Part shown: positions 27,132 to 37,109 of the stretch, piece by piece | Layout of the letters: each line of letters begins with the position of its first letter | Position numbering within the stretch: the stretch's first letter is position 1 | From: Eoetvoesiella sp. | GTDB lineage: Bacteria > Pseudomonadota > Gammaproteobacteria > Burkholderiales > Burkholderiaceae_B | Assembly (NCBI RefSeq): GCF_035555955.1 | Contig: NZ_DATMGA010000028.1 | Coordinates: 106,402 to 170,401 of the forward strand | Direction: 5' to 3' | DNA length: 64,000 nt | The notes under the pieces: generated by a model | The model's input: the letters and a program-made list of their open reading frames with translations, nothing else | Database searches by the model: none | Told to the model about the DNA's origin: nothing | Position numbers and translations under genes: made by a program

Positions 27132-28133
27132 ATGAGTTCCAAATCGCATTTTCATATCAGTCCCGACAAAGTGCGCAGTGTGGCGGTCATTGGCGCGGGC
27201 TCGGTGGGGGCCAGCTGGGCCGCCCTGTTCCTGGCGCATGGCCTGGACGTCGTTGCCTACGACCCGGGGCCGGGCGCCGAGGCGCGGGCGCGGCAGTTCA
27301 TTGCCGACGCCTGGCCCGCGCTGGTCGAACTGGGCCAGGCTGCCACGCCGCAGCCGCCGATGGAGCGCCTGAGTTTTGCCGCGACGATCTCCGAGGCGGC
27401 GCGGGAAGCCGATGTCGTGCAGGAAAATGTACTTGAAAGGCTCGAGGTCAAAGCCAAGGTTCTGGCGGAAATCGATGCCGCGGCATCTCCCGACAAAATC
27501 ATTCTTTCCAGCACAGGCGGGATCACCCCTTCGGTCATGCAGGCTTCCTGCGCGAATCCCGAGCGCCTGGTGGTGCTGCACCCCTTCAATCCCTCGCATT
27601 TGATGCCTTTGGTGGAAGTGGTGGGTGGCAAGCAGACGAGTCCCGAGGTCGTGGAGTGGGCCATGGCGTTTGCGCGGCGGCTTGGCAAGAAGCCCATTCG
27701 CCTGAACGCCGAAGCCAAGGGCCATATGACCAACCGCCTGCAGTTCGCGCTGGTGCGCGAAGCGGTGGCGTGCCTGACCGAGGGCATGGCCAGCGCCGAG
27801 GATATCGACGCGGCGTTGCGCTATGGTCTTGCGCCGCGCTGGCTGTTGATGGGCAGCTTGCTGACCTTGCACATGGCCGGCGGCGAGGGCGGCATGCAGG
27901 GCATTCTCGACCATACGGGCAAGGCCCTGGAAGAATGGTGGACGCCGACCGAGCAGGTCAGCCTGACGCCGCAGGTCGTAAGCCGCCTGGTGGAGGCGGC
28001 GCGCGAAGTCTCCGGCGGCCAGCCGGTGCGGGACTGGGTGCATTGGCGCGATGAGTCGCTGGTCGATGTATTGAGCCTGCAAAAGAATGCGGAGCGAGGC
28101 GCGCCGCCGCAGGACAAGGCGGCGGCCGCGTAA
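27132..28133 (+). CDS. 3-hydroxyacyl-CoA dehydrogenase family protein (L-carnitine dehydrogenase-like)
   Basis: VAVIGAGSVGASWAALFLAHGLDVVAYD NAD-binding fold, followed by a PFNPSHLMPLVEVV motif. The start could be ATG 27132 or GTG 27123. Confidence 0.8.
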   Translation: MSSKSHFHISPDKVRSVAVIGAGSVGASWAALFLAHGLDVVAYDPGPGAEARARQFIADAWPALVELGQAATPQPPMERLSFAATISEAAREADVVQENVLERLEVKAKVLAEIDAAASPDKIILSSTGGITPSVMQASCANPERLVVLHPFNPSHLMPLVEVVGGKQTSPEVVEWAMAFARRLGKKPIRLNAEAKGHMTNRLQFALVREAVACLTEGMASAEDIDAALRYGLAPRWLLMGSLLTLHMAGGEGGMQGILDHTGKALEEWWTPTEQVSLTPQVVSRLVEAAREVSGGQPVRDWVHWRDESLVDVLSLQKNAERGAPPQDKAAAA

Positions 28134-28194
28134 CGAATACAGATCGAGAGCCGCCGGAAAGCAAGAAGCGGCACACAACAAAGAGAGACAGCTC

Positions 28195-29079
28195 ATGGCA
28201 GGGACAAAGAAAACGGCGGCCGGAAAGACAGCCGCCAAATCGCGCAGCGCCGCCAAGGCGGCGCCTTCCAGGCTCAAGAAGCCGGCCAATGCCTGGCCCG
28301 TTGCGCTGCCTGCGTGCGTCAGCGTGGCCATGGACGAGAACATTGCCGTGCTCACACTGAACCGGCCGGAAAAGCGCAATGCGCTCAGCGACGACCTGGT
28401 GCTGGGCATGCAGGCGTTTTTCTCGACGATTCCCGCGCATGTGCAGGGCGTCGTCGTGCATGGCGCCGGCGATAACTTCTGCGCCGGCCTGGATCTGAAC
28501 GAGCTGAAAGAAACCACCACGGCGGAAAGCTTTGAAACCTCGGTGATCGGCCAGCGTTTGAACGACACCGTACAGTTTTGCAAAGTGCCGGTCATTGCGG
28601 TGCTGCACGGCGCGGTCATCGGTGGAGGGTTGGAGCTGGCCGCCGCCACGCACATCCGCATCGCCGAGAAAACCGCCTATTACGCGCTGCCCGAGGGCAC
28701 CCGCGGCATATTCCTGGGTTCGGGCGGCTCGGTGCGCCTGCCGCGCCTGATCGGCGCCGCCACCGTCATCGATATGATGCTGTCGGGCCGCGTCTACGAG
28801 GCACAGGAAGCGCACGAGCTGCTGCGGCTTACGCAGTACCTGGTCGAGCCGGATGAAGGGCTGGCCAAGGGCATTGCCCTGGCCAAGCGGATTGCCCGCA
28901 ACGCTCCGTTGGCGAATTTCGCGGTCATCCAGTCCATTCCGCGCATCATCGAGCAAGACCCGCAAACCGGCCTGTTCACCGAAATGCTCATGGTGGGCGT
29001 GGCGCAGGGCGACGAAGAAGCCAAGCGGCGTTTGCGCGACTTCCTGGAACGCAAGGCCGACAAAGTGAGGCGGGCGTGA
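28195..29079 (+). CDS. Enoyl-CoA hydratase/isomerase (crotonase) family protein with a Lys/Ala-rich N-terminal extension
   Basis: Crotonase core LTLNRPEKRNALS and HGAGDNFCAGLDL. There is an internal alternative start at 28330. Confidence 0.8.
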   Translation: MAGTKKTAAGKTAAKSRSAAKAAPSRLKKPANAWPVALPACVSVAMDENIAVLTLNRPEKRNALSDDLVLGMQAFFSTIPAHVQGVVVHGAGDNFCAGLDLNELKETTTAESFETSVIGQRLNDTVQFCKVPVIAVLHGAVIGGGLELAAATHIRIAEKTAYYALPEGTRGIFLGSGGSVRLPRLIGAATVIDMMLSGRVYEAQEAHELLRLTQYLVEPDEGLAKGIALAKRIARNAPLANFAVIQSIPRIIEQDPQTGLFTEMLMVGVAQGDEEAKRRLRDFLERKADKVRRA

Positions 29080-30740
29080 TGAACGCCGTTTCTTGCGCCA
29101 CCATGGGCGACGTGCTGCGCTTTCACGCCAGCCATCGTCCCGGCAAGCCGGCATTCGAAACGCTGGATGGCCGCACAGTGTCGTTCGGCCAGCTCAATCG
29201 CCGGGTGAACCGCCTGTGTTCGGTGCTGCATGAATGGGGCTTGCGCAAGGGCGAGCGCGTTGCCGTGCTGTCGCGCAATCGGCCGGAATACATGGAGGCC
29301 TTCGGCGTTTCCAAGGCCGGGTACATTGTCGTGCCGCTCAATTGGCGGTTGGCCGAGCAGGAATTGCTCAAGCTGCTGGCGCATAGCGCGCCCGCAGTCC
29401 TGATCGTGGACGAGGCGTATCTGGATCTGGTGGACGGACTGCGTTCGCAGTTGCCGGGCCTGAGGCATTTTGTGAGTCTGGGAACGCGGCGGGAAGGCTG
29501 GATTTCGTATGAGACCTTGGCGGGCGGGGATTCGGGCGAATCCGTGGCGGGCGATGCGCTGGCTCAAGAGCCTGGGGCCGAGGCATCGGCCGACGACGTA
29601 CTTTGTCTGGTGTATACCAGCGGCACCACCGGGGCGCCCAAGGGCGTCATGCTGACGCATCGCGGCTTGATGGACAACTGCCGGGCCAGCGCGGTGGATT
29701 CCCTGGTTTTGACCGAAGACGACTACGCCGTGGCGGTAATGCCCATGTTCCATGTGGGCGGCATGTGGTACCACTTGTTCCCGTGTTTCGCGTCGGGCGC
29801 CACCACGCTGCTGTTGCCGGAATTCGACCCCGGCGTCCTGCTGCGCGAGCTGGCGGCTCGCAAAGCCACCAATGTGCATGTGGTGCCGACCATGCTCAAC
29901 GCCATGTTGAACCACCCGCTTGCGCAAACCGTGGATCTGAGCCATTTGCGCTTGATGTTCTATGCCGCTTCGTCCATGCCCGCCGAGCTGCTGCGCCGGG
30001 CCATGCAATGTTTCAGGCAGTGCGGGTTCGTGCAGGGGTATGGCTCGACCGAAGCCGGCATGGTGACGGCGTTGTCGCCCGACGATCATGTGCGCGCCAG
30101 CCAGCCGGGGGGCGAGCAGTTGCTGTCCTCCTGCGGCCGGGCCTTGCCGAGGCGCGAGGTGCGTATCGCGGGCGATGCGGGCGCGGTGTTGCCTTATGGG
30201 CGGATCGGCGAAATCGAATCGCGCAGCCCGGGTGCCATGGCCGGCTACTGGCATGACGCGGCGGCGACGGCGCGGGTGCTGCGCGAGGGCTGGCTTAAAA
30301 CCGGCGACCTGGGATATATGGATGCCGAGGGCTATGTGTATTTGGTGGACCGCAAGAACGACATGGTCGTCACGGGCGGTGAAAACGTGTACCCCACCGA
30401 GGTCGAGGCCTTTTTCTATGAAGACCCCGATGTGCTGGAGGCGGCCGTATTCGGCGTGCCCGATCCGCAATGGGTGGAGCGCGTGGTGGCCGCCGTGGTG
30501 TTGCGCCCCGGCGTGAGGCTTGACGAGCGGGAGCTCATGCAGCGCCTTCGCGCCAGGCTGGCCGGATACAAGTGCCCGAAAAATATTTTCTTTACCGACG
30601 ATCTGCCGAAAAGCGGGGCGGGCAAGGTGCTGCGCAAAGAGCTGCGCAAGCAGTACGGAAGTGCCGCCTCCGGTGCGTGCGATATGCCGCAAGCAGTGGC
30701 GGGCGGCTGCAACGCCATGGAACCAGGGAGCAAAGCATGA
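29076..30740 (+). CDS. AMP-dependent acyl-CoA synthetase/ligase
   Basis: YTSGTTGAPKGVMLTH (AMP-binding motif I), GYGSTE and GWLKTGDLG. The start overlaps the crotonase stop. Confidence 0.88.
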   Translation: MMNAVSCATMGDVLRFHASHRPGKPAFETLDGRTVSFGQLNRRVNRLCSVLHEWGLRKGERVAVLSRNRPEYMEAFGVSKAGYIVVPLNWRLAEQELLKLLAHSAPAVLIVDEAYLDLVDGLRSQLPGLRHFVSLGTRREGWISYETLAGGDSGESVAGDALAQEPGAEASADDVLCLVYTSGTTGAPKGVMLTHRGLMDNCRASAVDSLVLTEDDYAVAVMPMFHVGGMWYHLFPCFASGATTLLLPEFDPGVLLRELAARKATNVHVVPTMLNAMLNHPLAQTVDLSHLRLMFYAASSMPAELLRRAMQCFRQCGFVQGYGSTEAGMVTALSPDDHVRASQPGGEQLLSSCGRALPRREVRIAGDAGAVLPYGRIGEIESRSPGAMAGYWHDAAATARVLREGWLKTGDLGYMDAEGYVYLVDRKNDMVVTGGENVYPTEVEAFFYEDPDVLEAAVFGVPDPQWVERVVAAVVLRPGVRLDERELMQRLRARLAGYKCPKNIFFTDDLPKSGAGKVLRKELRKQYGSAASGACDMPQAVAGGCNAMEPGSKA

Positions 30741-31990
30741 GTTCACCTTCACTCTTGTCCGGCGATTCCGCTGTGCGGGCAAGTAATGCGACGCACGCGG
30801 GCGGGGCGGATTCCGCATCCAGTACCTTGTGGGCCGCATTCAGCACCGATGAAATGCGCGCCGAGGCCGAGGAGTTTCGCGGCTATGTGGCGCGCTGGGT
30901 CGACGAGCGGCTGATTCCCCAGGCGCAGGCCGATGACGAGCGGGGCGAATTTTCCCACGAGCTGTTCAGGGAATTGGGCGAGCTGGGTTATTACGGCGTC
31001 ATGTATCCGGAAAGCGTTGGCGGCAGCGGGCTCAAGTACCCCTACACCTGCTTTACCGTGCTGTGCGACGAGCTGGCGCGAGGCTCTTTGGGCTTTGCCG
31101 CCGGGGTCTGCATGCATGGCTCCACGGCCACGCACACCATATTCCAGTGGGGCAGCGAGGCCCTGCACGAAAAATATCTGAAACCCGCGTTGCGGGGCGA
31201 GAAGGTGGGCGCGTTCGCCATTACCGAGCCGAACTCGGGCTCCGACGTGGCCTCGCTGCGCACCAAGGCAACCCGGGTGGATGGCGGCTACGTGCTGAAC
31301 GGCACGAAGATATTCACCAGCAACGGCACGGTCGCCGATTTCATTACCGTCGTGGCGACGGTGGACCCCTCCAAAGGCTTGAAGGGCCTGGACTTGTTCC
31401 TGGTGGATACGGCCACGCCGGGCTTTTCGGTGGGCCGGCGCCTGGAAAAATTCTGCGCGCATAGTTCGGATACGGCGGAGCTGGTGTTCGAGAACGTGTT
31501 CGTGCCGGACGAATGCCACCTCAACGATGGGGCCGCGGGCGGCTTCCTGAATGCCTACAAGGCGTTGACGGTGGATCGGATATTCACGGCGGCGCTGGCT
31601 CTGGGCAACGGGCGCGCCGCCTACGGCGCGGCCCTGAAGTACGCCGGCGAGCGCAGCCAGTTCGGCCAGCCCATCGGCAAGTTCCAGGCCGTGCAGTTCA
31701 AGCTGGTGGACATGCTGGCCAAGCTGGAGCAGGCAAGGCTGTACACCTATCATGCGGCGGCCCTGGCCGACCAGGGCTTGCCGATTACGACCGAAGCGGC
31801 GTTGTCCAAGGTGATGGCCGGCGAGAGCTGCCACGAGGTCTGCCAGATGGCCATGTCGATTTTCGGCGGCTACGGTTTGATGAGCGAGTTTCCGGTGCAG
31901 CGGTTCTTGCGCGATTCTTTTTTCCCCTTGGTGGGCGGCGGCACCAGCGACATCATGCGCATGATCGTGGCGCGCCAGTTGGGGTTTTGA
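30737..31990 (+). CDS. Acyl-CoA dehydrogenase
   Basis: ATG 30737 overlaps the ligase stop (ATGA). ACAD motifs FAITEPNSGSD and QFGQPIGKFQAVQFKLVDM, with a C-terminal GGTSDIMR. Confidence 0.88.
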   Translation: MSSPSLLSGDSAVRASNATHAGGADSASSTLWAAFSTDEMRAEAEEFRGYVARWVDERLIPQAQADDERGEFSHELFRELGELGYYGVMYPESVGGSGLKYPYTCFTVLCDELARGSLGFAAGVCMHGSTATHTIFQWGSEALHEKYLKPALRGEKVGAFAITEPNSGSDVASLRTKATRVDGGYVLNGTKIFTSNGTVADFITVVATVDPSKGLKGLDLFLVDTATPGFSVGRRLEKFCAHSSDTAELVFENVFVPDECHLNDGAAGGFLNAYKALTVDRIFTAALALGNGRAAYGAALKYAGERSQFGQPIGKFQAVQFKLVDMLAKLEQARLYTYHAAALADQGLPITTEAALSKVMAGESCHEVCQMAMSIFGGYGLMSEFPVQRFLRDSFFPLVGGGTSDIMRMIVARQLGF

Positions 31991-32062
31991 AGCGGTGAAC
32001 AGGGCCGAAAGCCCGGAAGTTCCTTGGTAGATGGGTTGTTGAATAAAAATCAGGAGACATAT

Positions 32063-33202
32063 ATGTTGAAAATGAAAAAGAATTTGCTGGTGCTTGCCGT
32101 GGCAATGGCCTTGCCGCTGGCGGCGCAGGCCGACGTAAAGGTCGGGGTCATCGTGGGCGAGACGGGGCCCGGAGCCTCGCTGGGCATTCCGTACAAGAAT
32201 GCGTTTTCCGTCATGCCCAAGACGTTGGGCGGCGAGCCTGTCCACTACATCATCGTCGACGACCACACCGACACCAGCCAGGCGGTCAAGCAGGCCCGCA
32301 AGCTGATCGAGCAGGACAAGGTGGACCTGGTCATCGGGTCGAGCAGCGTGCCGACCTGCATTGCGGTGGCCGAGGTGGCGCAGGAATTGAAGACGCCGCA
32401 GATCGCCTTGTCGCCCTCGCCGATCACGCCGGACAAGAACCCATGGATGTATTCCGTGCCGCAGCCCATGAACATCGCCATGAAGCCCATTGTCGAGAAC
32501 ATGAAAAAGCACGGCATCAAGAAGGTGGCGTACCTGGGGTTCTCGGACTCGTGGGGCGACCTGGTGCTGTCGGGCTTCAACCACAATATCAAGGGCTCGG
32601 ACATTACCGTGGTGGCCAACGAACGCTATGCGCGCAACGACACCAGCGTGGCCGGCCAGGTGCTGAAGCTTATTGCCTCCAAGCCCGATGCCATTTTGCT
32701 GGGCGGTTCTGGCACGCCCGCCGCGCTGCCGCACGCCACGCTGCGCGAGCGCGGCTACAAGGGGCCTATCTACAACAACCCCGCCATTATCAACAACGAC
32801 TTCCTGCGTGTCGGCGGCAAGTCCGTCGAGGGCGCCTATGCCGTGACCGGCCCGGTGATGGTGGCCGAACAGCTGCCCGACAGCAACCCCATCAAGAAGG
32901 TGGCCATGGACTTTACGCAAGCGTATGAAAAGGCCTACGGCCCGGGCACGCGCAACGCGTTCTCGGCCTATTCGTGGGACGCCTACCTGCTGGCCGACCA
33001 GGCCGTGGCCGCCGCGGTCAAGAAAGCCAAGCCGGGAACCCCCGAGTTCCGTTCGGCACTGCGCGATGCGCTGGAAGCCAGCAAGGAAGTGGTCGGCACG
33101 CACGCCGTCTACAACATGAGCAAAACCGACCACACCGGCGTGGACGACCGTTCCAGTGTCTTGGTGCAAATTGAAAACGGCAAGTGGAAGTTGATCAAGT
33201 AG
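32063..33202 (+). CDS. ABC transporter substrate-binding protein (LivJ/K-like), no cognate permease genes adjacent
   Basis: ATG 32063 after CAGGAGA. Signal peptide MLKMKKNLLVLAVAMALPLAAQA followed by VKVGVIVGETGP. Confidence 0.85.
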   Translation: MLKMKKNLLVLAVAMALPLAAQADVKVGVIVGETGPGASLGIPYKNAFSVMPKTLGGEPVHYIIVDDHTDTSQAVKQARKLIEQDKVDLVIGSSSVPTCIAVAEVAQELKTPQIALSPSPITPDKNPWMYSVPQPMNIAMKPIVENMKKHGIKKVAYLGFSDSWGDLVLSGFNHNIKGSDITVVANERYARNDTSVAGQVLKLIASKPDAILLGGSGTPAALPHATLRERGYKGPIYNNPAIINNDFLRVGGKSVEGAYAVTGPVMVAEQLPDSNPIKKVAMDFTQAYEKAYGPGTRNAFSAYSWDAYLLADQAVAAAVKKAKPGTPEFRSALRDALEASKEVVGTHAVYNMSKTDHTGVDDRSSVLVQIENGKWKLIK

Positions 33203-33231
33203 TACCGCAGCACTCTCTTCCGTCAGGGATT

Positions 33232-33254
33232 CGCGCCGCAAGGCGCGTTTTTTT
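33232..33254 (+). terminator. Rho-independent terminator
   Basis: CGCGCC-gcaa-GGCGCG followed by TTTTTTT, 30 nt after the SBP stop codon. Confidence 0.75.
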
Positions 33255-33672
33255 ACTCGGGAGGCATCTAGAGCATTTTCGCTTCAGGTGTCTACACTGG
33301 CTTGAATCTGGATTCTTGTTATCGGGGCGGGTGGTTTTTGGGTTCTTGAACGGCCGAGGAGCGCCTGCACCGGCGCGCTCAGGTCGCTGCGGCCCCGGCC
33401 ATTTGGCCGGGGCTTCCCATGCCGACAGCCGTTTTCGGGCGCTCGCCGAACTCGGACGAACGGCCAGCCCTCGGCTGGCCGTCAACGCCGTCCTCGAACA
33501 GCGGCTCGCTTGCCTCCCGAAAACAGCCGCCGCTACGGCTTGCTCCAACTTCGCTTACCGGCACAGGCGCTCCCCGGCCTTGCGGTAGTGATTAGCGGCG
33601 AAACCCCTTCTTCGAACTTAGGCATTGTCGACCAGTGTAAATATTTAAGCTGAAATTGCTCTAGCCGTGCAA

Positions 33673-33770
33673 GCAGTGCAGCGTGGGGGTATTTTTCGCC
33701 GCCGGGCCGCCCCAAGGCGAAAAGCGCCCCCTTGGGGGCAGCGAGGCGCGTAGCGACGAAGCGTGGGGGG
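33673..33770. repeat. ~95-nt intergenic repeat, copy A (partner at 51552-51665)
   Basis: GCAGCGTGGGGG..TTTCGCCGCCGGGCCGCCCCAAGGCGAAAAGCGCCCCCTTGGGGGCAGCGAGGCGCGTAGCG..GCGTGGGGGG aligns by eye with copy B at roughly 85 percent identity. Confidence 0.7.
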
Positions 33771-33779
33771 ACGTATGAA

Positions 33780-33968
33780 TCAGGCCGCCTGGCGATCGGG
33801 CAAGCGCACGTCCACAAGGATTTCCGAATAAGGGGCGAAGACCTGCCCTCTGCCGCCTTGCTCTTTTTCCACCACTTGCCATTCGATCAGCTTGCCGATG
33901 TCGTCATGTACGTTTTTATAGTCGCGTCCCAGCAGGCTCGCCAGTTCGGCGACGGCCTGTTTCAGGAC
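33780..33968 (-). pseudogene. C-terminal fragment of a small winged-HTH regulator (no start codon, N-terminus missing)
   Basis: Manual minus-strand translation gives VLKQAVAELASLLGRDYKNVHDDIGKLIEWQVVEKEQGGRGQVFAPYSEILVDVRLPDRQAA*. It resembles the recognition helix plus wing of MarR/ArsR-like small regulators. The upstream frame runs into the DUF4440 gene end. Confidence 0.4.
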
Positions 33969-34351
33969 GCGGGAATGACCGTCGAAGCCCAGGCCAGCAA
34001 CTGCCAGCGGCCGTCGCGGTTTATCCAGACTGTCTGGAAAAGGTTGTTGAGATTCTTGTGCGTGCCGTTGACGATCACCTCGATGCGGGCCTGGCCGTGC
34101 ATGAGTGCGATGTCGCCGTAAAAGCTGCTGCGGATGTTGCTGCGCTCGATGGCCACATACTTGGCTTTGCGGTTGCGCAAGGCCTCGATGTACTGGCTTT
34201 TGTTGTCGACGCTGGCCGAAGAATGGGTATAGACAAGCTCGTCGGCCAGCAGGCGATCCAGGGCTTCCAGGTCGCCCGCCAGCATGGCCTTGCAGCGTTC
34301 GTCATCGGCCTGGTTCAGCGCTTTTTCGTTGTCGTCGTGCGGCGTGGTCAT
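33962..34351 (-). CDS. SnoaL-like / DUF4440 (NTF2-fold) protein
   Basis: 129 aa. The pattern CKAMLAGDLEALDRLLADELVYTHSSA...DGRWQLLAWAST is typical of DUF4440/NTF2-like proteins. Confidence 0.65.
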   Translation of the reverse strand: MTTPHDDNEKALNQADDERCKAMLAGDLEALDRLLADELVYTHSSASVDNKSQYIEALRNRKAKYVAIERSNIRSSFYGDIALMHGQARIEVIVNGTHKNLNNLFQTVWINRDGRWQLLAWASTVIPAS

Positions 34352-34407
34352 TGTCTTCGCTCCTTGAGTGCGGGTTCATGCTCTTGCACGAGCCCGCCGT
34401 CGTGCGG

Positions 34408-35739
<1,332 letters not shown>

Positions 35740-35788
35740 GGTGGTATCCGGGTGCGCCGCGCGGATGGCGCGGCTTGGTGCGGTGTGT

Positions 35789-36322
35789 TTACAGCGTTTC
35801 GACGATGTGGTTCTGGTTGGTGTAGATGCACAGGTCGCCGGCGATTTCCAGCGACTTCTTCACGATGTCGGCGGGAGGCAGGTCGGTGTTGTGCAGCAAC
35901 GCCAGGGCGGCGGATTGGGCATAGGCGCCGCCCGAGCCGATGGCGGCGATGCCGTGCTCGGGCTCGAGCACGTCGCCGTTGCCGCTGAGAATGAGGGAAT
36001 GGTCGCGGTCGGCCACGATGAGCATGGCTTCGAGGCGGCGCAGCACGCGGTCGGTGCGCCAGTCCTTGGTGAGCTCGACGGCGGCGCGCATGAGGTGGCC
36101 CTGGTGCTTTTCGAGCTTGGCCTCGAAGCGCTCTTGAAGGGTGAAGGCGTCGGCGGTGGCGCCGGCGAAGCCCGCCAGGATCTTGTCGTGGTACAGGCGG
36201 CGGATTTTACGTGCCGTGCCCTTGAAGACGATGTTGCCGAGGGTGACCTGGCCATCGCCGCCGATGGCGACTTCGTTGCCGCGGCGGACGCTGATGATGG
36301 TGGTGGCGTGAAATTGTTCCAT
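35789..36322 (-). CDS. hslV: ATP-dependent protease peptidase subunit HslV
   Basis: The ATG at 36322 gives [29 protein letters not shown] (Thr nucleophile context). SD AGGAAG is present. Confidence 0.93.
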   Translation of the reverse strand: MEQFHATTIISVRRGNEVAIGGDGQVTLGNIVFKGTARKIRRLYHDKILAGFAGATADAFTLQERFEAKLEKHQGHLMRAAVELTKDWRTDRVLRRLEAMLIVADRDHSLILSGNGDVLEPEHGIAAIGSGGAYAQSAALALLHNTDLPPADIVKKSLEIAGDLCIYTNQNHIVETL

Positions 36323-36583
36323 GAGATCTTCCTTTGAAGAGCTTAAGTGGGGCCGGATCACGAAAGTTCAAGAGGAAGAATAGCGCAGGCGGGCGCAGGA
36401 GGATGGCTGGCGATGCCGGCAAGAGTATAACCAGTTGTTACCGGCAAGAAGGGGCGGACGTTCTGTCGGGCTTATGTGCAATGGGCTGCCGGAAGGCAGC
36501 CCATGCTACGTGAAAACCGGCGCAAGCGCCTCGGCGCGGAGCATTCCGGGCTGGCCGGGCGCGAGGCCCGCGGGAAAGAAGAT

Positions 36584-37027
36584 TTAATCGCCGTACAGCT
36601 TCTGGCGCATTTCGCGGCGTTCCTGGGCTTCGAGCGAAAGCGTGGCTGTGGGGCGGGCCAGCAGGCGCTGCAGCCCGATGGGCTCGCCGGTTTCCTCGCA
36701 CCAGCCGTATTCACCGGAGTCGATCAGGTTGATGGACTGCTGCACTTTCTTGAGCAGCTTGCGTTCGCGGTCGCGTGTGCGCAGTTCCAGCGCGTGCTCT
36801 TCTTCGATGGTGGCACGGTCGGCGGGGTCGGGAACGAATTGCGTTTCGCGCAGGTTCTCGGTGGTCGTGTCGGCGTTGTTCAGGATGTCCTGCTCCAGCT
36901 GCTTGAGCCGGTTGCGGAAGAACGCCAACTGCGCCTCGTTCATGTAGTCGGACTCCGGCATAGCCAAAAGTTCTTTTTCCGTCAGTAAGTGGCTTTCGGC
37001 TTTAATGGCGGTTGATTTCGTGGCCAT
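36584..37027 (-). CDS. dksA: DksA-family RNA polymerase-binding transcription factor, Cys4 zinc finger not conserved
   Basis: DksA coiled-coil tip DxxDxA (VPDPADRATIEEE). The C-terminal region reads GWCEETGEPIGLQRLLARPTATLSLEAQ, against E. coli [28 protein letters not shown]. Confidence 0.85.
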   Translation of the reverse strand: MATKSTAIKAESHLLTEKELLAMPESDYMNEAQLAFFRNRLKQLEQDILNNADTTTENLRETQFVPDPADRATIEEEHALELRTRDRERKLLKKVQQSINLIDSGEYGWCEETGEPIGLQRLLARPTATLSLEAQERREMRQKLYGD

Positions 37028-37109
37028 GGTGTTACCCCTTTCAATAAACTGTCGTGCTGGTTCTTGTCCCGAGTCGACGGCCAAGCCATTTAAGAGCTTG
37101 GCTGAGTCC

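Noticed and set aside
30749-33241. 830-aa ORF on the minus strand
   Set aside because: It is antisense to the acyl-CoA dehydrogenase and SBP genes. It has a shadow-ORF composition and no motifs.
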